A stretch of 64,000 bases of DNA from Harriotta raleighana. Its lineage: Eukaryota. The position numbers and the translations under genes were made by a program. This document shows, one piece after another, positions 37,330 through 48,966 of this stretch (the stretch's first letter is position 1; each line of letters opens with the position of its first letter). Below the pieces are notes generated by a model. It saw only the letters and a list, made by a program, of their open reading frames with translations, was not told where the DNA came from and ran no database searches. The stretch spans positions 3,986,690-4,050,689 of the forward strand of contig JBNZDD010013678.1 of assembly GCA_050575255.1 (NCBI GenBank). The letters are read 5' to 3'.

Positions 37330-37905
37330 TGTGTTTAATTAGTTAACATTAGCTGCAAGGATATAAGAGGCAGAACAATTAGCTTCAGTGTCCCTGGGCT
37401 GGAGAGGAGAAAATCAGCCAGGCTTCCTGTATCTGATCACTATCCAGTGACCCCTACTGAAAATTAAATGTTGCATGAGAACAAGATTAAGATAATAATA
37501 ATGAGATTAAGATGATGATAATAATCCTTGCATTTGATATAGGTTTTTCACGTCTTGGAGACGTCTCAAAGCGCTTCACAGAATTTACTGTAAAGTGAAT
37601 TGACTGTATATTTGTGGGCAAAATGTGACAGCCAATTGCACACAGCAGCGACCTACAAACAGTCGTGGAGTTACTGACCAAATTACTATTTTTTTTTCTT
37701 GAGGGATTATTATCAGGCATGTGGAGCAAGGAAATTTGCCCAAAGTTTCGCCCTGCCAGGAATCAAGCCCAAATTTCTCACTTGCGAGGCGAGTGCTTTT
37801 ACCACTGCGCTACAGGATTCCACAAGATGTGACCTGAATCGAGTTGCCTGCCAGCACTGACAACCTGGACTCACACACAATGAATGACCATTTGGGAAAG
37901 GTGAG
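37330..37905 (+). mobile_element. AmnSINE2-like ancient SINE interrupted by a young SINE
   Basis: Left part CAATTAGCTTCAGTGTCCCTGGGCT...CTGATCACTATCCAGTGACCCCT (to 37487). Right part GCCTGCCAGCACTGACAACCTGGACTCACAC...CCATTTGGGAAAGGT (37829-37905) parallels 13350-13412. Confidence 0.6.
37488..37821 (-). mobile_element. Full-length young SINE
   Basis: Reverse complement of 32040-32340, flanked by the direct repeat ACAAGAT (37481-37487, 37822-37828). Confidence 0.92.
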
Positions 37906-38919
37906 TGAGAACAGCTGTCAACAGTTAGATTGTACTGTAACCCGACAAGTCTTAGCACCACTGGAACAGAACAGGGAGAGAAATTGGATGAAAAAGAAAC
38001 CACAGCGATCCTCTGAGCTAATCCAGTGTGATTTGCCAAGGGAGCTTGAATTGGAATGGGTTAAGCATGGAGTTGCTTCTGTGCAACTCGCTGATCTTCG
38101 GAAATCTCAGAGGAAGAATGTTATGCTTTTCCTTTCTCTTGCCTCTCAATAGCCACAGGGGTAAAAACTGTACAATTGCTGGCTTGGTTGCATTTTAATT
38201 TTGGGTTATAATGCATCAAGGAAAGTCATAAAAGCGGTTAAATTTGGTGCTAGGTTTCAACTTGCCTGTTGTGCCTTTAATGCACATCTCATACTGATAT
38301 ACACGATTAAACCAGTTGGTTAAGTGAACAACAAAAGAAAGTTTTAAAAAAGCATGATAAATTCTAACGTTTTGAGTCGGAGACAGGAGTTTTTGTTTAG
38401 TCTGAAATATTAGTGGTTTAGCAGAAAAGTGTTTCACAGAGCAGTAAGCTGTTTATATATTCTGTCAGAAACCTAATACCATTACTGTTCGTTAATAATT
38501 GGCAGCAAAGTAACAGCATGAACTGTGCGTTTGAACATTCCAGCTTTCCGAAGTGAAAAATAGTTCTCACAAAGGCTTTGTAAGGTATGTCAGGAGTATA
38601 GGCCGGAGCACTTCAGGCAGATGTGCTCATTGTACTGCCATACCACGACTCATTTCTATTTCATTCTGTCTCATAGTACAGTAAAAGCAATGGTTTTTAA
38701 GAGTGTTTGGGTGATATTGTGCCATGTTATTCTTGGTACTGTAATTGCCTTTTAACCCTTTTTATAACCAATAAGGTTCAAAGAAATAATAATAATCTAC
38801 CATGTGTTACAGTGCCCTATTATTTTGCAATGCGTCAAAGTGAACAGTACCATTAAAAACAAGCTCTCCATTCAGTTTGGGATGATGTAACTAAGAACTA
38901 GCAGGCCTTGGTTATATAC

Positions 38920-39202
38920 AATAATAATCATCCTTGCATTTGATATACCGCTTTTCACATCTTCTAGTTGTCTCAAAGTGCTTCAAAGAATATACTGTAA
39001 AGTGAATTGACTGTGGGTGAAACGCTGCAACCAACTACGCACAGCAGTGACCCACACAATCATGGATTGAGTGACTCAATTGTTTTTTGAGGGATTATTT
39101 TTAGGCGTGTGGAGTAAGGAAACTTGCCCAAGGTTTTACGCTGCCTGGAATCAAACCCAGGCTTCTTGCTTGTAAGGCCAGTGCTCTAAACACTGAGCTA
39201 CA
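38920..39202 (-). mobile_element. Full-length young SINE
   Basis: Reverse complement of 32040-32340 from tail to the TAGCTCAGTG head. Confidence 0.9.
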
Positions 39203-40454
39203 CGAAAGCATACAATGCGCTTCAGAAGGTATCAGGAAGATACCAGGAGTGACCACATTTCAACAGGTTACTTCAAAGCTCTGCAGCGTATACTATCCTA
39301 CTTAAAAGCACTGGATCTAAAGCAATTTACTGCTGTGGCCCACATTCTGGATCCATTTGTAAGAGTCACAAAGAGAACCACTACTGACTGAGCAATTACA
39401 GTTAACAACATGCCCATTGTTCAATAAAATCCTACTTGCTTGTGTTTCAATCTGCTGCAATACTGCAAGAATGGAAATATTTAATTGCCCAGAAGAGCCC
39501 ACAGCTCTATTTACTGTTTACACTGTGCACTTTACTCCAAGTTCAATCCAATACTGTTTCCTGCCTTGCAAAATGACGCCCAGTGTATAACTTGTTGGTA
39601 TAGATCTCTCAGTGTTTAACTACTTATAATGTGAAAAAAATCTCTGCCTCCACCATCAGCAAAATCATACTGTTTCAGAGCAGACAACCATTTATGTAAA
39701 CAGTTCTTGCAGGGGTTTTGTAGTTCATCATAAAGGCTAGCTCATTTGTTCAAGGTTGATTTTTTAGCAGTGTAGTCACCACTGGGCTTACATCAGCACC
39801 TAGAGTTACACAGTACATTTCACAGATGACTTTGCCAGGCTTTGCGCCCACTTGCAGCAAACATAGAGTGAGGCAGTCGGGTCATTGCTAAAGCTCAAAT
39901 CACACCATCCGTGTCATGTTGTGATGTCCTAACACAATATGTTGCCATCACTCCTTATCTCGGTGGTACCTGGGGTTCCTTTGGGTGTTGGTGTAAATGG
40001 GATTTTATCTGTGCCGTTTAAATAATTCCAGGAAATTGTGTCAGCTTTCAGCTTTCCCCTTGGGAAAGTCAACTGAATATTAATACATAAAGGGACAGCA
40101 GGGAACCACATTTTACAGATATTCCCATAGTCACTGCTCAAGGAAGCAATGATGGACTTAAAGCATGATAAATTACTTTACCTGTGCAAAAAAGTATTTG
40201 AAGTCACTCATTTTATTATTGCCTGCACATTGTTTCCTGTTCCATTCCTGCACAGTGGTAGTATGACACTGCTCTAAAAGTCAGAGCCCTCCATGACTCC
40301 GGAATGCAATCCAGTATTAAGGGTCCTATATAAAAACAAGTTGTTATTATCGTTGTCTCACAAATAGTGGCCTTCATTCGCAATGGCTAAAAGAGAATGG
40401 AAATAAATCTTTAAAAACTTTTCCATTATTTTTATTCCCATTATTTCCTATTTT

Positions 40455-40680
40455 TGTGTGCGTGTGTGAGTGAGCACATGTATGTGTGTGTTTGATCTTT
40501 GGTTGTGAGTGTATGTGCGTGCTTGTGATTGATCTGTGTGTGTAAATGTATGTGCACATATGATTGATTGATGTGTGCGTTTGAGCGAGGGCATGCGTGT
40601 GTGGAATTAATCTGTGTAAGTGTATGCACATGTGTGTGTTTGATTAGTGTGTGAGTACAAGCACGTGTGTGTTTGATCTC
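40455..40680. repeat. Degenerate (TG)n microsatellite with recurring GTGTGTTTGAT unit
   Basis: TG-rich tract. It explains the H/T-rich spurious ORFs at 40374-40683. Confidence 0.85.
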
Positions 40681-41187
40681 CATGATGACACTACACGATT
40701 TATGTGTAGGTCTGATATTCCTGAAGGTTGAGAGAGGGGGGGAAGAGGGGGGGTCTGGACAAGGGAGGGCACTGTGGATCTGGGAGGGTGAATGAGTTTT
40801 AAATACAGATATATTCTGAGTGATTTAGTGTATCTGTACTTAAAACTCCAAACAGTTTACAGCAACATCTAGAGTGTTGGAGTTTAACCTAATGCAGTTT
40901 TCCACTTCATATTCACGCTCTGCATTTTAAACTATCATTTTAAACTTTCTTTCTTCATTAACAAAAGTAGGCTTGAACCTTCCTCGGGCTCCTAATGTAT
41001 GATCATTAAGATGTTTATTGAAAACAAAGTAACAGAACATAGTTGCAATGCAATGCGATTTGACTTGTAAAGTGGGCCAAGTCATCTTGAATATGTTTGA
41101 GTTGCTCTTCGCCAGTATAGTTAGTTTTCAATTGTGTTTGCTCTTAAACAATGGGGCTAGATAATTAATTAACACATTTATTCTTCC

Positions 41188-41300
41188 ATTTGGCCCACAA
41201 AATGCACATCCAATTCACTTTACAGTATATTCTGTGAAGCACTTTGAGATGTCTCGAAGACATGAAAAGGCACTATATCAGATGCAACGATTAATATTAT
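41188..41300 (+). mobile_element. Young SINE 3' fragment
   Basis: GCCCACAAAAT...AATTCACTTTACAGTATATTCTGTGAAGCACTTTGAGATGTCTC. Confidence 0.8.
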
Positions 41301-44300
41301 ACATATTATTCCTTCAGACCAACATGTCTCTCACTCTCCTACATTTCAGGTTTCCCTTTAAAATGAAATTCTATCACCGAACTCTTCAGTTCCACAGTCT
41401 TCCTGGACGGACTCGGAAGGTATTCTTAAAACCAAAATTAACCTGTAATTTAGCAAAGAGAAATGTACAGACACAGAAAAGTTGACAGCCTCATTCTCCT
41501 TCTCCTTGATATCTAACCAAGTACAGCTGCCACTTAGAAAACTGGATGAGTTGAAAGGCAGCATCATCCGATATGTTATCAAAAAGTCCGGGCCATTTAT
41601 GTCTAGTTAGTTATATGAATTTGATTCTATTCTGTTCAGTACTATCCCGAAGAATTTAGAGCACAGTCTTCCAACAGAGGCAAAGAAAGAATTAAGAAAG
41701 CATCACTGTGTGACAGCTGAGCTCAGGTAAAGTATTCATACTGAGAAGAGATTCACAGTGAAAACCAAAGATGTGGACAATGATTCAACATTGAATTCAT
41801 TCCCTTCAATTAACACTTGTGACACAGTGTAAGAGAAATATACCTTATGATGCATTCTCCCACTCAAGATAGCTTTGCACAAGTCTGACAATTGCAATTA
41901 TATTTGTGCGTCGTCTGAGAAATATTCATTTCACTGTATTGTATCGTGAAAAGAAACACTTGGAGCTTCCTGTTTTGATGTTCTATAGTAAGCAGTGCAA
42001 CGTTTATAGATTATCATCTTGGATGCAAGAGATGAAAGAGAACACATTCACTTAGAAACCAAAAGGCATCTTGCAAATCTTAAATAGTCACACACAGATT
42101 GTGGGTGTTTTTTTCCCAATAGTTTTTCAGCTGCCGGCAAGAGGGAGGAATGGGGATAGTGGGGTGGAGTGGATGCTAACAAAGGTTCAGTCAAGCATCT
42201 TTTCTATTGGAAAATTCCAGCAGTGTTACTTGTGATATGAGAAATGGTGCATTTAAATGAATACCTTTTGTTTCAGACTGCATTTCCTGTTACCTTGTTA
42301 ACGATCTCCTCTGTGCAGGATAAGTGCTTGTCTGTCTGTGTCGATGATATAAAACAGATTTAACTCTAGTGATTTATTAAAACTGTTCATTAGTTTAAGG
42401 AGCATTCCTGTGTGATGAAGCTATCAACATGAACTGTGGTATATTCTAATAGCACATTGAGAGCTTGAGGCAGAAAGAAAGTAGAAATAACATTTGTGCT
42501 TTTGGCTTAATTTCGAAATACTGCACCAATGGTATGAAAATTAAAATAGGTATTGGAAGCATAACATTGTGGAAAACTGGCATTGAATGATGGAAAAGTA
42601 AGAAAGATTAACAACCAATCGTAATTTTCTCCATGTATGTTTTTTTTAATGGAAGCCTAAAAACTATTATTAGGCCACAAAAAAATGCAAAATATCTGTC
42701 TTTTGGAAAATTGTTTGCATGAATTTCCACAATAACTATTTAGCAATTGAAACTAATGCATATATTGCACGGTTCGTTTTAGGCCCTGTTCTGGGTGAGA
42801 TAATGTATGGTTAAACTTCTTTCTGTTTATACCCACTATTTTTGTCCTGTTTGCCCTTGTTGCTTATTGTAATTGTCTTAAGGATTGTGAATCATGAAGT
42901 TATCTGTTAACATCTTGATTCCGATGAAAACACTTTCAGCCTGTAATGCTCATTGGGTGGTGATTGGTTAAAAGCGATGAAATTAAAGGTTTCTTGAGAT
43001 CATTATATGCCTCAGTGAACGCAAAGTTTTTTTTAGAATTTCATTTGAAAACTCAGCTACTCATCTGCCACTCTGACCATTTTCATTGCAAGATAAATGG
43101 AATTAAAAATGCATGTCAAAGCTTTTTGTTCCTGGGTATAATGATACAAAATTCAAGTTTTGATTTCATAACTTGCTTTTCTCTCTCTCACTCTCTCGCT
43201 CTCCCCCTCCCTCTCTCTTCCCCCCAGCCCACTATGTGGTTAAGTAAATAATAGCTTGGCATTGCTTGTGTGGAAAGGGGTTTGAGAAACATGATGTGCC
43301 AGAAGGAAATGGGAACCGAATTCCTCTGGAATGAGCAGGGAGGAAATTACAAACTGGCAGCCTGTTTGACCACGTTATATAAAGGCTCTTCCTAAGCATG
43401 TAACAGTGCCAGATCTCAGTAGGTGAGGATGATGAAATAATAAAGTGCTTCCCATGTGTGCTTTGCATTAGGCGTGTTTTGTTTTCTTTCTCTGCACAGT
43501 GGAAACATAACAGCAGAGCTTGTTTCTGCCGGGGCAGATTGAGTTAATCTATGGGGACCAACAGCTGCATAAATAATTGAAAACTAGTGATCAAAATAAT
43601 TACTAGAAGCCTATAGCTGGATGATGGAAATCATCAGCCGGACCTACTTTCGTTCCTAGATAGGCAGCTATCCATAATGAGCTGTCTTTCCAAGCCTAGA
43701 TAAAAGGCAGAGATTTGAGATTTATGGGCGTGCTTGTGGAACTTTACTTCCTTTTGGGACTTTGCAAACCATTCATATTAGATTTGTGTGTAGTTTACCT
43801 CCACCTGTCATCTGTGTTTTCTAATTATGACCTTGAGCCTAATTTGTCCATCACAATATATCTATCATACTTGCGTGTGCCAAAAAGATTTTTAAATCTT
43901 AAAAGCCATTTTATTGGACTTCTGGTTCAGCTTCACAAGCGTGAGTACTATTGAAACCTAATACATTGTGCATTGTGGCCAATGGATTTGTGTGTTCACA
44001 ACCAGACAGGGGAATAAACACTTTGAGACCCAATCCTGTGCATAAAGTAGGCTTTTTGAAAGAAAAAGAGGAAAACTTGAAGCAAGTTTGTTCATGTCGT
44101 CACATTGAATGAATTTAACACATTTTAAAAAGCTATCCTTGGTGAAAAGAAACAAATACCCATTCACTTCAGGAATCAATTACATCTGCAATTCAGAGAA
44201 TCTGTATCACAGTGTTACTAAGATAATCATTTAATATATAAAACGTGGTGAAAAGTTTTATAATAAAAGACAATTATCGGAGCAACAGTGCTACAAGATC

Positions 44301-44352
44301 AGTAGATTGAGTTACAAATAAGTTCTTATCTAATTCTTACAGTTAAATTAAT

Positions 44353-44450
44353 GCTCACAATGTATTACTTTACAGTACATTCTGTGAAGTGCTCTGAGAC
44401 ATCTAGAAGATGTGAAAAGCACAATATCAAATGCAAGGATTCTTATTATT
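44353..44450 (+). mobile_element. Young SINE 3' fragment
   Basis: TTTACAGTACATTCTGTGAAGTGCTCTGAGACATCTAGAAGATGTGAAAAGCAC...AAATGCAAGGATT. Confidence 0.8.
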
Positions 44451-45559
44451 AGCAAATCAGCTTCAACACTTTTGCTCCAAGGCTGTGGCTTGTTTGTTTG
44501 AGAAGGAAATGTGGAGTGTGAGCAGTGCTTTTCATCAGTGGGAAAGTTCCATGGTACACAATGGTGCAATAGAAGTCGCATTTCCTGTCTAGCAGGAGGG
44601 TCAATAATTCTATCTGCTGACTGTTGATAAACACTAAGGGACGTCCCGACGGACTTAGTAATTATATTCTCTACATAATGATCACATCCCATGCATTCAC
44701 CTCAGCCGGTTGTAGAATTGTACTGCTTATCACTCATTCCTATTCAAGAAGCTATGTGGGGTGTTGAGTTTATTCGGCAGATTGTATTGCAAGTCTTAAA
44801 GTGTGTTAGAGATTAGATAACCACTGTGGACAGAATTCACACTGGAAGGTAAACTTCAGCCTCATCTATCTGTCAGATGAAGATACTCTGCAAGTTGGCC
44901 TGTCACACCATGCGTTACATCAATCAGGCAAGAAACATCAATCCACAGGCAATCCTTACGAAGCATTGCAATTGGTTGCAATCTGTGTTTTAAGCCAAAG
45001 GAAAATTTGGCTCAGTCTCAGGCTCTCTGTTTTTATTGCAAAGAAAAAATACAAGAATCACAGACAGCAGCAGAACACAACAATATCAGATGTTAATAAA
45101 CAATCAAAGTATAAATCTGTTATCAAATGACAGAAATGTGTGCTCATTGAGGATTTAACTTACGGATATTTATTTGTGGTACCTTGCTTCTCTCAGCCAA
45201 TGTCAATGTTCTCTTTTAGTCAGCTTAGTCCACATCTGTGAAATTCAGGTTATCAAAACCATGGGAGTCCATGATCCATTATCCCAAAGTGTGGCTCTGA
45301 GTTGAATTTGGAATTCACCAAAAATGATCCAAATGTGGCAATTCTGGGGTGATTTACATTGATTGATCAGTGGTCCGAAATTCCACCTAGTTTTAGGCCC
45401 ATACTGTTTTCTTAGTTTCAGAGTTTTTAAAAATTCTTAATTGGGAATTAATTTTGTGTGTTTTCTTTGAGATTTACACAAACTAGCTCCCAAACTGAGA
45501 CCAAATTAAAACCAAATTCATGGATTTATCAACTTTCTGGCATATTTGGTCTTATTCTT

Positions 45560-46060
45560 ACAGACCATCCTCTCATTCCAGCATCAAATTGTTTCTTAAA
45601 TGAGTCCAGTACTCTTGCCTCAACATTAAAGGAATATTTCCTCATGTTTATTCCATCCTGTGTATCCCACAACCTACTCTTGTTCTACTCCCTTGGCATA
45701 TCTAAATGTATTGTTCTGAGATTACTTTCTCAATCCCATTTAAAATCTTAGCTTGGCATATCTGAATGTATTGTTCTGAGTTTACTTTCTCAATCCCATT
45801 TAAAATCTTAGCTATCTCTAAAATTTCCTGTGAGATGTCTCCTCTCAATGCTGAAGAGTTCTGGCTTCTTGAATCATTGCTCATTCCTCTTAAATTAGGG
45901 ATCACCCTTGTTGTTGTCCTCTGTACTGCCTCTAGGGTGTAGACAACCCCTAATGTCATCTGTTTGCAGTGTGATCAGCAGGCCTGAGCAATGTATAGTT
46001 TGATTATAACTCTGGAGATATGAACTAACTAGGCAATATAGCCCAGCCTCCTGAACAAAT
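45560..46060 (-). mobile_element. Degraded CR1 ORF2 C-terminal fragment with an internal tandem duplication
   Basis: LEAVQRTTTRVIPNLRGMS...LRGD...KILNGIEKVN corresponds to LERVQR.FTRMV.GMR...RGDLIEVYKIM...DRVN of the CR1 at 49182-49559. Confidence 0.75.
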
Positions 46061-47212
46061 AGGATAAGTGACCAAGCAACGCTTATACACATAGATATAT
46101 TTGAGGATAAAACTGAAATGAATTGTAAAATTATAGTTGAAGTATGAAAAATACTTCAAACTAACAAACTTTGGCCATTGCTCTTAATATATCGACTTGC
46201 TCCTTCATTTCTGCACATGCAAACTTAAATCAATTTTTTTTTCACCAAGAATCTGACTGTCCCCTTGAGTGCATTTAATATAGTAGATATTTTACGAATC
46301 TATTTTCAGGAGCCATGTGTGTGATGGGCAAGATTAATCAGTTCACTTATATGCCTTTTCCATAAGCGACAAAATATAAAGATATTATATTGGAAGTAGT
46401 GTAATATTACCAGGAAGTGATCATAAACTGCACAAGCTGTATTCTTTTATGTTACTTTAAGGTGACACCATCTTTTAAAATATTATTTTAATAGAAATGC
46501 ATAAATTAGCCTGACTGGAGGAATGCACCACTAATAAATCTATGGTGTCTTTGGGTATAAACACTTTCTTACAAGATTTTTTGCTTCTCCGTAAGATTGG
46601 GTGCTTGCAAATATCCGCCAAGCATGAAAATGAATGTTATGCTTCGTTTGAACCCTATCATTTAAATCTACATTATATAGCTATCCTAGAGATTACAGAT
46701 TGATTGTACAGTAGAGCCAAGAGTGCAACCTATTGAACTACAGGTAATGTAAATCAGCACTGTGTTATAACAGTGATAAATTAATCCCATTTTATGTTAT
46801 CAGGGGAGCACTGTACTCAACAACTGCTGAATCCCATTGTTCAGATCGAGAAGATTATAATAAAAACATAAAAAAGCACCGGGCAAGAAAAGACCCACCA
46901 AGTTCACTGCTTACCTCAGAATATGTACAACCTTTCCTTACATGGTTATATCTAATGCATCTTTGGGGATACATTTCTACTGAAGGATACGCATCTGTAC
47001 TCCCATGCTCTCCTGCAGATCCAGCAGTTCATAATGGAAAATGCACCAGTATATTTTACAGTTCTCTCCAGGTTGAATTCTGGGTCTGTCACACATCAAG
47101 GCAAGAAAGCAATCTGATTTAAAATCAATTTTCCACTTCCTGTACTTCCTGTCAATAAATTGGTCATTGCTGTCTCATAGTCAAAATGCTAAAACTCTTT
47201 CAACAAAAAAAT

Positions 47213-47521
47213 TATCATTAATAATCCTTGCATTTAATATAGTGCTTTTCACGTCTCCTAGATGTTACAAAGCACTTCACAGAATATACTTTTAAGTGAA
47301 TTAATTGTATATATGTGGGCAAAACACGGCAGCCAATTGTACACATCAGTGTTGCACAAACAGCCATGCATTGAAATGACCAATTTATTATTGTTTTTTG
47401 GGGGGTGGATTAGTATTACGTATGTGGAGTAAGGAAACTTGCCCAAGATTTCACCCTGCCTGGAATTGAACCCAGGTGTCTTGCTTGTAAGGCAAGTGCT
47501 CTAACCTCTGAGCTACAGGAC
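47213..47521 (-). mobile_element. Full-length young SINE
   Basis: Reverse complement of 32040-32340. Confidence 0.92.
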
Positions 47522-47604
47522 ATCATATGAGTGTTTGTGCAGACTGATGCATTGTATATACACAAATGAAGAAAATATAATTGTCATCAGTTTTCAATTT
47601 AAGT

Positions 47605-47790
47605 GTAGATAGGAACACAGGAAGCTAGGCTGTTTTTTCCTTTGAGTCTCTTCTGCCAATTTAATAGATCACAGAAGAAGTTTTATTCCCGTTTCCCTGC
47701 CTTTCCTTCACATTCTTTCATTCCTTTACTCTCTAACAATCTCCCTTTTAAACATCCCATTCAATCAATTCTGCATCGTTTCGTTTTGGA
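47605..47790 (-). mobile_element. Old CR1-type 3' UTR fragment
   Basis: TAGGAACACAGGAAGCTAGGC...CCTTTGAGTCT.TTCTGCCA.TT.AATAGATCA resembles shark CR1 3' termini (from memory). Confidence 0.4.
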
Positions 47791-47864
47791 TATGTTAAAA
47801 ATGGCTTTGTGTAAATTCTGTTTGTCAGATCCTATAATACTTTGTTATTTTGTACTGAAGAGAA

Positions 47865-48020
47865 ACAGAATATACTGTAAAGTGAATTGACTATATACTT
47901 TGTGGGTGAAACGCGGCAGGAAATTGTGAACAGCAGTGGCCCACAAACAGTCGTGGATTGAAATGACTGATTTTTTTTAGGGATTATTATCACGTGTGTG
48001 GAATAAGGAAACCTGCCCAA
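47865..48020 (-). mobile_element. Young SINE internal fragment (lacks head and tail end)
   Basis: CAGAATATACTGTAAAGTGAATTGAC...CCACAAACAGTCGTGGATTGAAATGAC...AAGGAAACCTGCCCAA. Confidence 0.85.
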
Positions 48021-48966
48021 TAGTTTAAATAGGGAATCTTGGAAAATAATCATTCGTTCTGAATTAACTTTCAATATTTAGGTTGGTCATAGGACAATAA
48101 CACAATGAGTTATTATTTATATGAGGAAATTGCTGTGAAATTACAATTACAATCATACTTGTACCAGTCTATTCTGAGAAATTCTAGAGCCCTTTCCTAA
48201 TTTCCATCCAGAGCTGCAGTTCTGTGTCTGACAATGTTCGGATTATCATCTTTTATGTCCGTAAAAAAAAACTGTATTAAACTTCCTGAATGAACTCTTC
48301 AATTAGTTGAAAATGCAGTATTCTCTTTGGTACTTGTGTTTTAAAATCTTATTTAGTCTGGCAACTAAAGTGTAACTAGCTTTAGCAAGCAATCTGCTAA
48401 TATTTTCCACTTTCTGAATTAGATTAGTTGACATCGTTGGAGACTACTATAGTCTGGTAGCATCTTTCCTTTCCAAAGGTTAATTGTTAGACCCTGAGCC
48501 GCCTACTATAATACCTGATAGGAAGGAATCAGTGTAGCTTCCATACTGGTGGGGCTGTGGGCTGCTTGTGTGGTTGTTATTAAGCTGCTATCCACATAGT
48601 CCGGATGTGTAACAAATAGCATCTCTCCAGGTAGATCCAGCCAATGACCTGAATATTATTATTGGTAGCAATTGCACCAAAGATATATGGCAGTGAATTT
48701 ACCAGGTCATGAATAATTTTGCTGTTAGTGGAAACGTGGGATCATTTACCACAATATGGAAAAGATACGACAACTGGAACATGATTCGTAACTTTTAATT
48801 TTCAAGTGTTACAGCAATAATAGGGATATGTCCAGCCAGTGATAAAACACAGTAACATGTTACCATTCACTAGGACAGAGGAACATCCAGGAAAATATCT
48901 GCTATGGAAATTGATTTTATGTTAAGATAATTGAATTTAAGATGTGAAATAAGATTACTGGTTCTT

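Noticed and set aside
40374-40683. His/Thr-rich ORFs
   Set aside because: Produced by the (TG/CA)n microsatellite.
47450-47521. tRNA-Val(TAC)-like cloverleaf (CTTGC-CTTACAA-GCAAG arm on the minus strand)
   Set aside because: It is the head of a SINE, continuing directly into the Deu core and tail. The T-arm is non-canonical and the copies are mutually divergent.
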